Below, piece after piece: positions 47,837-58,312 of a stretch of 64,000 nucleotides of DNA. The translations under genes and the position numbers were made by a program. The DNA lies in NCBI GenBank assembly GCA_002839285.1, contig PGXT01000001.1, forward strand, positions 6,573-70,572, read 5' to 3'. A model generated the notes under the pieces. It saw only the letters and a program-made list of their open reading frames with translations. It searched no databases and had not been told where the DNA came from. Positions within the stretch are counted from its first letter, which is position 1. Every line of letters starts with the position of its first letter. The stretch comes from Spirochaetae bacterium HGW-Spirochaetae-5. Its GTDB lineage: Bacteria > Spirochaetota > UBA4802 > UBA5550.

Positions 47837-49831
47837 TCAGAGATGATTAAATCCCGGCATTGCCAGGTTACCCTGACGTGTAAAAGTTAGTATAACATCA
47901 TTTGTAATACGGCTTGCAAATCCAGCCTCACATACGTAGAAATAGAAGAGCCACTTTCTCTGAAACTCAACATCATATCCCATCTCGATCAGGCTGTCTT
48001 TAGCTTCAATAAATCTGATACGCCACTCCCGAAGAGTACGGGCATAATGCGGGCCGATATTTATAAGATTTTCGATATGAAATTTTGAATTCTTCTCCAT
48101 TGCAACGCTAAGTGCCGTAACAGAAGGGAGAACTCCTCCGGGGAAAATATATTTCTGTATCCAGTCAACACGTCTTAGATAATCTTTAAAATGATGATCC
48201 GCCGTTGTAATTACCTGGATCACAGCTACACCAGCCGGTTTAAGAAGTTTCTCAAGAGATGCGAAAAAATGTTTAAAGTTTTCATGTCCCACAGCCTCGA
48301 GCATCTCAATTGAAATTATCTTATCAAATTCTCCCTCTACATGCCTGTAATCTTTAAGCAGTACTGTAATCTTTTTATCAAGCTTTTCCTTTTTTATAAG
48401 TGAAGTTACGTAATCATGCTGCTTCTGCGATAGAGTTATTGTTGTAACTCTGCAGCCGGTTCTCTTCACAGCCTCTACTGCAAATCCACCCCAGCCGGAA
48501 CCGATTTCCAGCACATGATCCTTCGGTCCGATACCGGCCTGTTTTATTATAGTATGAACTTTATTCAGTTGTGATTTTGTCAGTGTATCACTCTTTTTGT
48601 TATATATTCCGCATGAATAGAGAAGCGTCTTATCAAGAAATGTCTGGAAAAAATCGTTTCCCAGATCATAGTGTGCACTGATATTTTTCTTACTGCCGGG
48701 AATTGTATTTCTCTTTCTTTTATGCAGTACCCTGTTAAGGAAGAGACCCAGATTATTCGCCACGACATGATTCTCGTTCTCCATCTCAAGCTGCTCGATA
48801 AAAAAACGGATCAGTCCCACGGGATCAGGTGAATCCCAATCTCTATCCATAAAGGACTCGCCAAGACCTATATCTCCGCTGATCATTACTCTGGAGAAGA
48901 ATCTGTAAGTAGTAAGCACAATCTCCGCCCTGTTCTTTGAGTCTTTATTGCCGAAATATTCCACAGTACTATCAGGGTATACCAGCTTAAGATATCCATC
49001 TTTAATATTTCTGAATTCGGAGAGCACCGCACTCTTTGCAATCTTCTGAAACCATGTCGGAGGGAGTGTACCGATTGTCATGGGACTGGAGGGATTAGGC
49101 TTTGGAACATATGTAAGCTTTCTGAAAAAGAAGAGTTTAAAAGCCTCCTTATATATCCTTGGAACTGTTTTAAGAACTGTTAAAGGATATTTACCAACAG
49201 TTTTCATTAATGATTTTTGTGTCAATGGCTGAGCATCTCCGGTCAGACGTGCCAGCATAATCTTTTCATTATCTCTTACAAGAGTAATACGTATCTCAAT
49301 GTTGTCTGTTGATTTTGAAAACTGAAAAATGTACCCCCCTTCGAGAGTGTTGAATGGAGAGACATGAAACTCTTTCTTCTGTTCAAACTCAATGAATTTT
49401 GAATCACCTGACTTCACCGGTTTACTGAGAATATACAGATGCTTTTCACCAAAAGTGTTGTTTACCTCGGCAGCTATCACAGCAATTGAATTGTCTTTCC
49501 GGTAACAGTAGTAAAAACTTACCGGATTAAAAACATAATTGATATATCTTGCAGAGGTAACCAGTTCAATTCTTGCAATGCTCTCTTTTATCCCCGACTT
49601 CTTAAGAAATCCGCGGATTTTTTCGTTTATGCTCCCTTCACCTCGAAGATAATCCCTGTCTCGAAGCGAGGCGAGATTAAATCTGTTATGACTGAAAAAT
49701 CTGATATCTCGATGAATCGCATCTAGTTCATCGAGATCGAATGCGTAAAAATAAACAGGATACTTAAGTGTATGAACCGTGGGGCTGCTCCTGTGATGCA
49801 TCACCTCGCCGGTATAGATTCGGGTATTCAT
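47837..49831 (-). CDS. fusion protein: N-terminal DUF1365 domain plus C-terminal cyclopropane-fatty-acyl-phospholipid-synthase-family SAM-dependent methyltransferase
   Basis: N-terminus YTGEVMHHRSSPTVHTLKYPVYFYAFDLDELD, the DUF1365 hallmark. C-terminal SAM motif VLEIGSGWGGFA and the CFA-synthase fold. 664 aa. Confidence 0.8.
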   Translation of the reverse strand: MNTRIYTGEVMHHRSSPTVHTLKYPVYFYAFDLDELDAIHRDIRFFSHNRFNLASLRDRDYLRGEGSINEKIRGFLKKSGIKESIARIELVTSARYINYVFNPVSFYYCYRKDNSIAVIAAEVNNTFGEKHLYILSKPVKSGDSKFIEFEQKKEFHVSPFNTLEGGYIFQFSKSTDNIEIRITLVRDNEKIMLARLTGDAQPLTQKSLMKTVGKYPLTVLKTVPRIYKEAFKLFFFRKLTYVPKPNPSSPMTIGTLPPTWFQKIAKSAVLSEFRNIKDGYLKLVYPDSTVEYFGNKDSKNRAEIVLTTYRFFSRVMISGDIGLGESFMDRDWDSPDPVGLIRFFIEQLEMENENHVVANNLGLFLNRVLHKRKRNTIPGSKKNISAHYDLGNDFFQTFLDKTLLYSCGIYNKKSDTLTKSQLNKVHTIIKQAGIGPKDHVLEIGSGWGGFAVEAVKRTGCRVTTITLSQKQHDYVTSLIKKEKLDKKITVLLKDYRHVEGEFDKIISIEMLEAVGHENFKHFFASLEKLLKPAGVAVIQVITTADHHFKDYLRRVDWIQKYIFPGGVLPSVTALSVAMEKNSKFHIENLINIGPHYARTLREWRIRFIEAKDSLIEMGYDVEFQRKWLFYFYVCEAGFASRITNDVILTFTRQGNLAMPGFNHL

Positions 49832-51099
49832 AGATTAACTCCAAATTTCTCAGCAACCTGAAGAGCAGAACGCGCCGCATCTTCATGGAAACCGTATCCG
49901 AAATAACTGCCGCAGAAATACGTTCTATTGACTCCGTTCAGCGATGGCAGCTCACTCTGTGTTTTCATAGAATCAAAGGAGTAAGTAGGATGATGATACA
50001 CCATCTCAGTGATTATTGATTCTTTCTTTATTCTCTTCCCGGTATTCAGCGTGACAAAATAATTATTTTTTGTTTTCAATCTCTGAAGCCTGTTCATATC
50101 ATAAGTAAGCGAGAGGACTGAACCGCTTCCGGTTGTCTGTTCGCGTATAAAATTCCATGAACCTTTAGCATGTCTGAGCGTCGGCATTACAGACGGGTCG
50201 GTATGTAGTATTGTATAATTTTTCTGATAAAACCATGGAGAGAGTAATCTCTTCTCGTCGGGAGAAGGATCTTTAAGCATAGCAAGCGCTTCATCGGCAT
50301 GAGCGGCTATTATAACATAATCAAAGTCGCGGAAGTTCCCGTCAGAAGATTTTATTGTAACACCGGTTTTTTTTCTTACAACTTCCACTATTGGTGTATT
50401 GACAATAACATCTGTTCCAAGAGTTTTTCTTATTGTCTTTACATAGGCGAAACTCCCGCCGATTACGGTTTTCCACTGAGGCTGCCCTGCAACACCAAGG
50501 AGTCCGTGATTATTCAGAAATCTGAGAAATGACTCAGCAGGGAAATCCATCATACCTTCATCGGGTGTTGACCAGATTGCAGCCCCCATGGGGATAATAT
50601 GGTGGGTAATGAAGAATCCCGAAAATTTATTATCCTTCAAATATTGCCCAAGAGTCCTTGTTCCGACACTTTTATGTTCCAGATCTATTTTTGTAATCTT
50701 ATAAAACCGCAGAATCTCTTTTATCATGCTGCGAAATTCTGAATTTAAAATATTGGATCTCTGTGCAAAGAGTCCGTTAAGACCTCTGCTGGAATACTGC
50801 AGACCTGTGTTTTCACAGAAATAACCGAATGACATACTTGTATCTCTAAGACCGGTATTCAGCTCTTTAAAAAGTTTTGTAAGAACAGGATAATTCCTGT
50901 GATTCATAACAATAAAACCTGTATCAACAGGGGTCCCCGCATCGGGTCCATCCTTTATAAGAATAGTATTGGTATGTCCTCCGGGATAATCATTTTTTTC
51001 GAATACTGTGACGTTATGTTTTTTATTCAGCAGATAAGCCGCCGTTAACCCGGCTACTCCGGAACCGACAACTGCTATTGAATATTTTTTATCTTCCAT
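49828..51099 (-). CDS. FAD-dependent oxidoreductase, amine-oxidase-like (candidate fatty-acyl desaturase of Ufa-type pathways)
   Basis: Rossmann motif VAVVGSGVAGLTAAYLL. 423 aa. Stop overlaps the DUF1365-CFAS gene start. Confidence 0.75.
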   Translation of the reverse strand: MEDKKYSIAVVGSGVAGLTAAYLLNKKHNVTVFEKNDYPGGHTNTILIKDGPDAGTPVDTGFIVMNHRNYPVLTKLFKELNTGLRDTSMSFGYFCENTGLQYSSRGLNGLFAQRSNILNSEFRSMIKEILRFYKITKIDLEHKSVGTRTLGQYLKDNKFSGFFITHHIIPMGAAIWSTPDEGMMDFPAESFLRFLNNHGLLGVAGQPQWKTVIGGSFAYVKTIRKTLGTDVIVNTPIVEVVRKKTGVTIKSSDGNFRDFDYVIIAAHADEALAMLKDPSPDEKRLLSPWFYQKNYTILHTDPSVMPTLRHAKGSWNFIREQTTGSGSVLSLTYDMNRLQRLKTKNNYFVTLNTGKRIKKESIITEMVYHHPTYSFDSMKTQSELPSLNGVNRTYFCGSYFGYGFHEDAARSALQVAEKFGVNL

Positions 51100-51122
51100 A
51101 GATATTACTCCGGATTTTTATA

Positions 51123-51551
51123 TTAAAAAAACTTTGTTAAAAAATAGACATAAATACCAGCAAAAAAGCCCTGAGCTGTCCCCCATGCCATATCAATTAA
51201 AGTTATATAGAGAGTGTAGCCTTTAATAAAAGAGAGATTAGTCATGTCGTATGTAGCATAAAGTACAAAACCTGAAATAGCCCCAACTGTCATTGAAGTA
51301 ATCAATGTATTATTAAGCTGAAGAGCCATTGATATAAAAAAAACAAGACCAACCGCAATAATAACCTGAACCGTAATACCCGCCTTGAGATTAAATACAA
51401 TTTTACCATCCTTTATCTCTGCAAGATAGCCCAGGCTGTTAAAATATATTTTATTCGCAACTACTGCAAGCCACAGCAGATCCAGAATAATAAATATAGC
51501 CGCAGAAACTAATGAAATCTTTATAAATGCTGCCGAAAAAAAATAGTTCAT
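51123..51551 (-). CDS. DUF2177-like small membrane protein
   Basis: Four TM helices in 142 aa. Usual companion of this gene cluster. Confidence 0.45.
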   Translation of the reverse strand: MNYFFSAAFIKISLVSAAIFIILDLLWLAVVANKIYFNSLGYLAEIKDGKIVFNLKAGITVQVIIAVGLVFFISMALQLNNTLITSMTVGAISGFVLYATYDMTNLSFIKGYTLYITLIDMAWGTAQGFFAGIYVYFLTKFF

Positions 51552-51851
51552 AACCGACTCCCTGATTTTTAATTATAATATTAATTGAATTAATAACTGT
51601 AGACAACTTCACGTCTTTTCCTGCATAGGTTTGAAAAAAATACTTATATTATAAATAAGCTTTTTAAGATTTAAATCAAACACTTCATTAATTAAATTAT
51701 ACATAATATAATAGAAAACAACTAAAATTTTACAAATATAGAGTGTTTTAAAAAAATATTAAATTCTAAAATATCACATTACAAAGATTGACCTCTTTTA
51801 AGAGAATAGTTATATTGAGTTATAATTTTTCTTTTATTTAAAGAGGGTAAT

Positions 51852-52427
51852 ATGAAAAATCAGATAAATATAAATATTACGAAGTTAATTTTAACAGCCA
51901 TTTTATCTTTATCCGGCAGCGGTCTCTATTCTGCACAGATTGGCGGTGTTCATTTTCAGGATGTATACCCATCAACTTCAGGCAACTTAAACATCAGAGG
52001 ATATTCGATACTGAATTATATGATGGTTATAAAAGCCTATGCCGGGGCTTTGTATCTCAAACCATCAGTCAGTTCCGATCAGGCACTATCAGCTGCTCCA
52101 AGAATTCTTGAACTTTATTATTTTCATAAAATCTCCGCCGATGATTTCAGAGAATCGACAATAGAGATGATCAAAAAGAATACCGATTCAGCAGGATTCG
52201 GAAGAATTGAAAACCAGTTAAACGCCTTCAATGCATTTTACAGAGATGTAGTTCCAGGTGACAGGTACAGAGCGGATTATACTCCTGAAAACGGAACAAC
52301 TCTCTATCTGAACGGCAGGGCTCTGGGGACAATAAAGAGTGATGAATTCTCAAAAGCATTCTTTTCAATATGGATTGGTAAAAACCCCATAGATAAAAAA
52401 TTCCGCGACAGACTCCTTGGGAGATAA
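51852..52427 (+). CDS. chalcone-isomerase-like domain protein, secreted
   Basis: Signal peptide plus YRADYTPENGTTLYLNGRALGTIKSDEFSKAFFSIWIGKNPID, consistent with Chalcone_3-type proteins. Confidence 0.5.
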   Translation: MKNQININITKLILTAILSLSGSGLYSAQIGGVHFQDVYPSTSGNLNIRGYSILNYMMVIKAYAGALYLKPSVSSDQALSAAPRILELYYFHKISADDFRESTIEMIKKNTDSAGFGRIENQLNAFNAFYRDVVPGDRYRADYTPENGTTLYLNGRALGTIKSDEFSKAFFSIWIGKNPIDKKFRDRLLGR

Positions 52428-52429
52428 AA

Positions 52430-53794
52430 ATGAAGGAAATTATTATTGATGCAAAACTCCCTCTTCTTACCAAATTATCTTACGCTCTCCCGGCATTTTC
52501 GCTGGCTGTAATCGGGATACCGGTCTATGTATATATGCCGAAATTCTACACCGATGTTATAGGACTTAACATCGCTTATGTCGGAGGAGTTCTTCTTGCC
52601 GCGAGAATATTCGATGCGGTTACAGACCCGGCTATCGGACTTTTATCAGACAGAACAGTGAGCCGCTTCGGCAGGAGAAGACCATGGATTGCAATCGGTT
52701 CATTTTTTACGGCAGCAGCGGTTATCTTACTTTTCAATCCTTCTGTAACCGGTAATATAAATCTGAACTACCATTTTGCCGTGAGTGTTTTCATGCTCTT
52801 TCTCTTCTGGACTATTGTAGTTGTTCCCTATGAATCACTGGGGCCTGAACTTACATTCAACTATAACGATAGAAATTCATTATTCAGTTTCAGAGACGGA
52901 TTTTTAATAGCCGGTACACTTGCTGCTGCGGCATCCCCGGCTATAGTCAAAGGGATTACGGGAGCAGCTTCATCACCGGAGGATGAACGGTATGTTTTTT
53001 TTATTCTCTCAGTAATTTATGCTCCACTGATAATAATATCATGCCTTTGGTGTATTACTGTTTTAAAAGAAAAGAATATATCAGAAAAGAGAGAACATCT
53101 CAGCATAATAAAAGGATTAAGCTATACTTTTAAAAACAGACCATTTCTTATACTCCTTGCAGCCTATACTATCAGCGCTATCGGGAACAATCTCCCGGCA
53201 ACTCTGATTCTTTTTTATGTTCAGTATGTGCTGCATTCCCCTCTGGCCGATCTGTTTCTTCTATTATATTTTATAACCGGTATTTTATTTCTCCCGCTAT
53301 GGATTAAAGCAGCAGAACGTTTCGGTAAAAAAAATGCCTGGCTTTCGGCCATGGCAATAAACACAGGTGCTTTCACGGGAGTATTCCTTCTTGGTGCTGG
53401 AGATACTGTAATGTACGGGATTCTTGTATTTCTCTCCGGAACAGGTTTCGGTGCAACACTGGCGCTCCCTTCGTCGATGCAGGCTGACATCATCGATTAC
53501 GACGAGCTTATGACCGGCGAAAGACGCGAGGGACAGTATGTGGGGATATGGTCATTTGCAAAAAAGGCTGCCGCCGCATTCGGTGTGGGGATCGGCTTAA
53601 CAATACTCGGATTATCGGGATATGAACCGAATATTCAGCAAAGCGAGAGTGTAACATTTACCCTGCGCGTGCTTTACGCTCTGGTTCCATGCCTGTGTAA
53701 TGCCGCCGGATTTATGATAGCGCTTTACTATCCCATTACGGGGGCAGAATTTGAAAAGATCCGCAAATCTATTCAGGAGAAAAAAGGAGTTTAG
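52430..53794 (+). CDS. MFS transporter, GPH (glycoside-pentoside-hexuronide/MelB-like) family
   Basis: 12 TM helices and the GPH motif DPAIGLLSDRTVSRFGRRRPW. Confidence 0.7.
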   Translation: MKEIIIDAKLPLLTKLSYALPAFSLAVIGIPVYVYMPKFYTDVIGLNIAYVGGVLLAARIFDAVTDPAIGLLSDRTVSRFGRRRPWIAIGSFFTAAAVILLFNPSVTGNINLNYHFAVSVFMLFLFWTIVVVPYESLGPELTFNYNDRNSLFSFRDGFLIAGTLAAAASPAIVKGITGAASSPEDERYVFFILSVIYAPLIIISCLWCITVLKEKNISEKREHLSIIKGLSYTFKNRPFLILLAAYTISAIGNNLPATLILFYVQYVLHSPLADLFLLLYFITGILFLPLWIKAAERFGKKNAWLSAMAINTGAFTGVFLLGAGDTVMYGILVFLSGTGFGATLALPSSMQADIIDYDELMTGERREGQYVGIWSFAKKAAAAFGVGIGLTILGLSGYEPNIQQSESVTFTLRVLYALVPCLCNAAGFMIALYYPITGAEFEKIRKSIQEKKGV

Positions 53795-53796
53795 AA

Positions 53797-54588
53797 ATGG
53801 AACATACATTTGAAATAATGTTATTCAATTTTGCCGCTGTAGCAGCAATGATGTTCTGCGGCTGGATTTACAGTCTTGTTAAAAATAATGTAACTATTGC
53901 CGACAGTCTCTGGGGACTCGGTTTTGTTCTTACTGCATGGATTACATTTTTCCAGAGTAACGGTTTTCCTGAACGAAAAATGCTGATTACAACTCTTGTC
54001 ACCCTATGGGGATTAAGACTGTTTATACATATTACAAAACGTAACAGAGGGAAAGGCGAAGACCCGCGATACACAGAGTGGAGAAAAGAGTATGGAGACA
54101 GATTCAAGTATGTCAGTTTATTTAAAGTATTTCTGGTACAGGCTCTTTTTCTCTGGATTATATCCCTCTCTCTTCAGATAGGAGAAATATCTGAATCACC
54201 GGATTATCTTACAATTTTCGATTTCATCGGGCTTGCTATATGGATTGCAGGATTTTTAATCGAATCGTTTGCAGATTACCAGCTTTCATCCTTTCTGAAA
54301 AGACCGGAGAACAGAGGAAAGGTAATGAACAGTAAACTCTGGAGATACAGCAGGCATCCCAATTACTTCGGAGAATCGGCAATGTGGTGGGGAATTTTTA
54401 TTATAGCGCTTTCAGTACCTTATGGGTACATAACAATTATCAGTCCCATAGTAATTACATATACACTTCTTCGAATAACAGGAGTTACGCTGATGGAGAA
54501 AACTATCTTCGGAAACAATCCTGAATACAGAGAGTATGTCGCTACGACCAGTTCATTTATTCCATGGTTCAAAAAGAAAATGGTATGA
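53797..54588 (+). CDS. DUF1295 / ICMT-like membrane methyltransferase or steroid-reductase-fold protein
   Basis: SRHPNYFGE motif. 263 aa with several TM helices. Confidence 0.65.
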   Translation: MEHTFEIMLFNFAAVAAMMFCGWIYSLVKNNVTIADSLWGLGFVLTAWITFFQSNGFPERKMLITTLVTLWGLRLFIHITKRNRGKGEDPRYTEWRKEYGDRFKYVSLFKVFLVQALFLWIISLSLQIGEISESPDYLTIFDFIGLAIWIAGFLIESFADYQLSSFLKRPENRGKVMNSKLWRYSRHPNYFGESAMWWGIFIIALSVPYGYITIISPIVITYTLLRITGVTLMEKTIFGNNPEYREYVATTSSFIPWFKKKMV

Positions 54589-54632
54589 TCCCGCTGCCAA
54601 CGATATAATATGCGGGGATATTGATTACAAAG

Positions 54633-56570
54633 TTATTCGTACATGCTGTCGATCTCTTTCGCGAATCTTTCGATGATCTCCTTCTTCTTGACTTTCTGAG
54701 AAGGTGTAAGAAGTCCGTTCATCTCTGTAAATCTCTCTGTAAGGATTGTGTACTGCTTTATCTTTTCGTAACTTTCAAGTTCGCAATTGGCAGCATCAAT
54801 TTCATCATTAATCAGCTCTTGAAGCTGATAATTGGCGATAAAATCCTCCCCGACTTTTATGCATGTACGGAATCCGCCATAATCATCCCATTGAAGCATA
54901 TCTTTTTTATACTTAACACCCTCCTTATCAAAAAGATCGATAAAATAATTATAATTCGGTACAATCAGCGCTGATATATACCGCCTGTCATCACCGACAA
55001 TGAGAATCTGATCGATATAACTGCTGGTAGTAAAAAGATCGACAATTTTAAATGGAGAGATATTCTTACCTGAGTCCGTACAGATAATCGATTTTTTACG
55101 ATCTGATATTTTATAGTAGCCATGTTCGTCAACGGTAACCATATCACCTGTCCTGAACCAGCCATCTTCTGTAAAGAGCTCATCTGTCCACTCAGGCTGA
55201 TTAAGATACTCTTTGAAGACCCCGGCTCCGGTTATCTCAAGCTCCCCTTCATCAGATACTCTGCTCTGGCTTCCGCAGGCATTTATACCAATATAACCCG
55301 GCTTCAATGCTGTTATGGGATTAACAATACAAGCGTTAAAACTTTCAGTAAGTCCATACCCCTCAACAATAGGAACACCGATGGCATAAAAATACTTAAG
55401 AAGATCCGCAGAAATTGCCGCAGTTGACGAAAGTGAAAATCTGAATCTGGTGCCGAAAATTGAACGTATCTTAAGAAGAATTTTATCCGCGAGTTTAAAT
55501 TTCAGACGCAGGACCGGACCAAGCTTTGATACAACATCGAAATCTTTGTGCATATTATAGCAGCCCTTTGCATCTTTTCTATATTCAAGAACTTCGTAAC
55601 CTACATTCAGTGCCCATGTTAAAATCCTTTTTTTGAAAGCATGCTGATTCATAACATACTGCAGCTGGAGATACATCTTTTCGTATAGTCTCGGAACACA
55701 GTTAATCCATGTGGGGTTATACTTTCTCAAATCATTAATGAGAGTCCCGACTTTATCGGCATAGGCAATTGTCGAAGAATGATAGATTGCGGCAAGCTGA
55801 CATGAACCTCTGTCAAAGATATGAGCAAGGGGGAGAAAGCATAGAGTTACATCATTTTCATCAAGAGCCATTCCGTATCTTTCAAGAAATTCATCAGCCC
55901 CCGCCATTCTCGAGCTGCAGTTGAAATGTGTAAGGATAACACCCTTTCCCGGTCCTGTTGTTCCTGAAGTATAAATTATAGTATACCAGTCATCCAGTGT
56001 AATAGATTCTTTTCTATTCAGAAAATCGAAATAGTGTTCCTCCTTCCATGAGTTGCCCTTATCAATCAGCTCCTGCATCCCTATGATACGGCTGTCGCTG
56101 CTTTTATAATTAATATCTAAAATAACAACCTTTTCAAGCTTGGGGATGTCGTTAAATGAAGCCATGGTTTTATCAAGCAGCTCTTCATTCCCGACAAAGA
56201 TAAAACGGGACTCTGAATCATTCATTATATAAACGACTTCTTTCGTATTAAGCGTGGGGAAGATAGTTACACTTACACCGCCCGTACAGGCCAGTGCCAT
56301 ATCAGCATGTGTCCAGTATGGAGAACTTTCCGACATGATTGCTACACGGTCACCTTTATTAAGACCAATAGCCATTAATCCGCAGCATATAGATTCTACA
56401 CGGTCCCTCATTTCAGACCATGTAAAGCGCCCTTTATTATCATTTGAATAGAGTTTCGCATTAAATATCTGAGCATTCCGGGCCGGAAACCTGCTGCATG
56501 AATTGTAGAAATGCCATGAAACCGGTTTTAAATCCTCTTTTTCCCAGCGCCACTGTTCAATTCGGGTCAT
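54633..56570 (-). CDS. long-chain-fatty-acid--CoA ligase (AMP-binding enzyme)
   Basis: AMP-binding motif YTSGTTGPGKGV and a downstream GYGLTE motif. 645 aa. Confidence 0.85.
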   Translation of the reverse strand: MTRIEQWRWEKEDLKPVSWHFYNSCSRFPARNAQIFNAKLYSNDNKGRFTWSEMRDRVESICCGLMAIGLNKGDRVAIMSESSPYWTHADMALACTGGVSVTIFPTLNTKEVVYIMNDSESRFIFVGNEELLDKTMASFNDIPKLEKVVILDINYKSSDSRIIGMQELIDKGNSWKEEHYFDFLNRKESITLDDWYTIIYTSGTTGPGKGVILTHFNCSSRMAGADEFLERYGMALDENDVTLCFLPLAHIFDRGSCQLAAIYHSSTIAYADKVGTLINDLRKYNPTWINCVPRLYEKMYLQLQYVMNQHAFKKRILTWALNVGYEVLEYRKDAKGCYNMHKDFDVVSKLGPVLRLKFKLADKILLKIRSIFGTRFRFSLSSTAAISADLLKYFYAIGVPIVEGYGLTESFNACIVNPITALKPGYIGINACGSQSRVSDEGELEITGAGVFKEYLNQPEWTDELFTEDGWFRTGDMVTVDEHGYYKISDRKKSIICTDSGKNISPFKIVDLFTTSSYIDQILIVGDDRRYISALIVPNYNYFIDLFDKEGVKYKKDMLQWDDYGGFRTCIKVGEDFIANYQLQELINDEIDAANCELESYEKIKQYTILTERFTEMNGLLTPSQKVKKKEIIERFAKEIDSMYE

Positions 56571-56860
56571 GTTATTTCTCCATTTGTAATTAGGCTATTA
56601 TTTAAGAACAATGTTCTACAATTCAATAAAAATAAGCTTTTGAACATAAAAAATTACACCTGGTATTTCAAAATCCGGGTATTAACCCTGTTAAGCATAC
56701 TTTACGGTATTATTACTACGGTTTTAAATAAGTAACAGTAGCTGCTGTAATATTTAGAGCCTTTTTTTCATAAGAACAAAAAAATTGTTTGATATTTATA
56801 AAAAAGTATTAAAAATGAAATAACCAGAAAACAGTTAATGAATTATCTCCGCGGATATCG

Positions 56861-56883
56861 AGCATCGCATACGCACCCCTGGA
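56861..56883. repeat. family-1 repeat fragment (CGCATACGCACCCC)
   Basis: Same 14-mer as at 3031. Confidence 0.4.
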
Positions 56884-56914
56884 AATAGTTCGCTACGGAA
56901 AACAGGAAACCAAT

Positions 56915-57763
56915 ATGATAATAAAAACGCTGGATGACAAAAAATTATCTCTGGAGAATGACGGAAAACTGGAACTTTTTTTCATAGGAACCGGGAGCGC
57001 ATTTACCAAGAGACAATATCAGACAAATCTTCTTATTGTTAAGGGTAAAGATCATCTTCTCATTGACTGCGGAACAAAGTGTCCTCAGGCTGTATCGGAA
57101 TTGGGAATACCGGTTACTCAGATAAAGAATTTTCTCATAACCCACTCTCACGCCGATCATATCGGGGGGCTTGAAGAGATATCCCTTCTCGGCAGATATG
57201 TAACCAAGAGAAAACCTGTAATGGTTATAAATGAAACTTATCAGCATATCCTCTGGGACATGTCGCTCCGGGGGGGGTGTGAATATAACGAGGAGGAAGC
57301 GGGAGACATGCTTACCTTCAAGGATTTCTGGGATGTAATCAGGCCTCAATGGCTGCCCGATTACAACAGGGAGACCTTCGGACTGAAAGTCGGAAATATA
57401 GATATCAAAATAATGCGGACTAAACATATCCCCGATTCGTCATTTGACTGGCAGAGTTCATTCTGGAGCTGCGGTGTAATTATAGATGACAGGGTATTTT
57501 TTACAAGTGATACCAGGTTTGACCACGATCTCATTGAGTTTTATGAAAACAAATTTAATTTCGAAACTATTTTTCACGACTGCCAGTTTTTCACCGGAGG
57601 AGTTCATGCGTCACTGGACGAGATAAATTCATTGTCTCCAGAGATAAAAGCCAAGACATACCTTACTCATTATGGAGACAACTGGGAAGAATTTGATGAA
57701 ACTGTAAATAAATACGGATTCGCAGGACGGGCAATACAGCAGCAATACTACATTTTTGAATAG
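56915..57763 (+). CDS. MBL-fold metallo-hydrolase
   Basis: HSHADHIGG motif. 282 aa. Confidence 0.7.
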   Translation: MIIKTLDDKKLSLENDGKLELFFIGTGSAFTKRQYQTNLLIVKGKDHLLIDCGTKCPQAVSELGIPVTQIKNFLITHSHADHIGGLEEISLLGRYVTKRKPVMVINETYQHILWDMSLRGGCEYNEEEAGDMLTFKDFWDVIRPQWLPDYNRETFGLKVGNIDIKIMRTKHIPDSSFDWQSSFWSCGVIIDDRVFFTSDTRFDHDLIEFYENKFNFETIFHDCQFFTGGVHASLDEINSLSPEIKAKTYLTHYGDNWEEFDETVNKYGFAGRAIQQQYYIFE

Positions 57764-57830
57764 AACTGATTATATAGTTTACGAAACGGGGTAAAACCAT
57801 ACCCCGTTTCAGGATTGTTTCATTTTAAAA

Positions 57831-58031
57831 TTATATTACTTGAACAGCAGTTGCACGTTGACCTTTATCGGAATCTTCAATTTGAAAATCCACCTTATCT
57901 CCTTCTCTGAGACTTTTAAATCCATCACCTGCAACACCTGTATAATGGACAAAAATATCCCCTCCATCATCCTTTGAAATGAAACCAAAACCTTTCTTCT
58001 CGTTAAACCATTTTACTACACCACTTGGCAT
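57831..58031 (-). CDS. cspA: cold-shock protein
   Basis: [18 protein letters not shown]1-type motif. 66 aa. Confidence 0.9.
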   Translation of the reverse strand: MPSGVVKWFNEKKGFGFISKDDGGDIFVHYTGVAGDGFKSLREGDKVDFQIEDSDKGQRATAVQVI

Positions 58032-58170
58032 ACAAAACTCCTTAAAAAAAAATTTCTTATAAAATCTTTTATCCGGTAATTTTCAGCCGGATAAAAATTA
58101 TGAGCCTGCTCATTCTACATAATTAAGTTTAATTTGTCAAAAATATTTTGAAATTTATATCCGGTATTCA

Positions 58171-58292
58171 GAGGTAGCGGTTTATTTTTGGGTCACAGCG
58201 CTTCGCGCTGCGCCTGAAATGGGGGTTAACGGGGGCGTTGCCCCCATTAACCCCCATTTCAGCGTATGCAAGGCATACGCACACTTACCCCG
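58171..58292. repeat. family-1 modular palindromic repeat, full copy with leader (leader-A-B-C)
   Basis: Leader GAGGTAGCGGTTTATTTTTGGG. A: CACAGCGC-TTC-GCGCTG. B: TGAAATGGGGGTTAACGGGGGC-GTT-GCCCCCATTAACCCCCATTTCA. C: GCGTATGC-AAG-GCATACGC. Confidence 0.75.
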
Positions 58293-58312
58293 AAAGAACA
58301 TACAATAATTGA

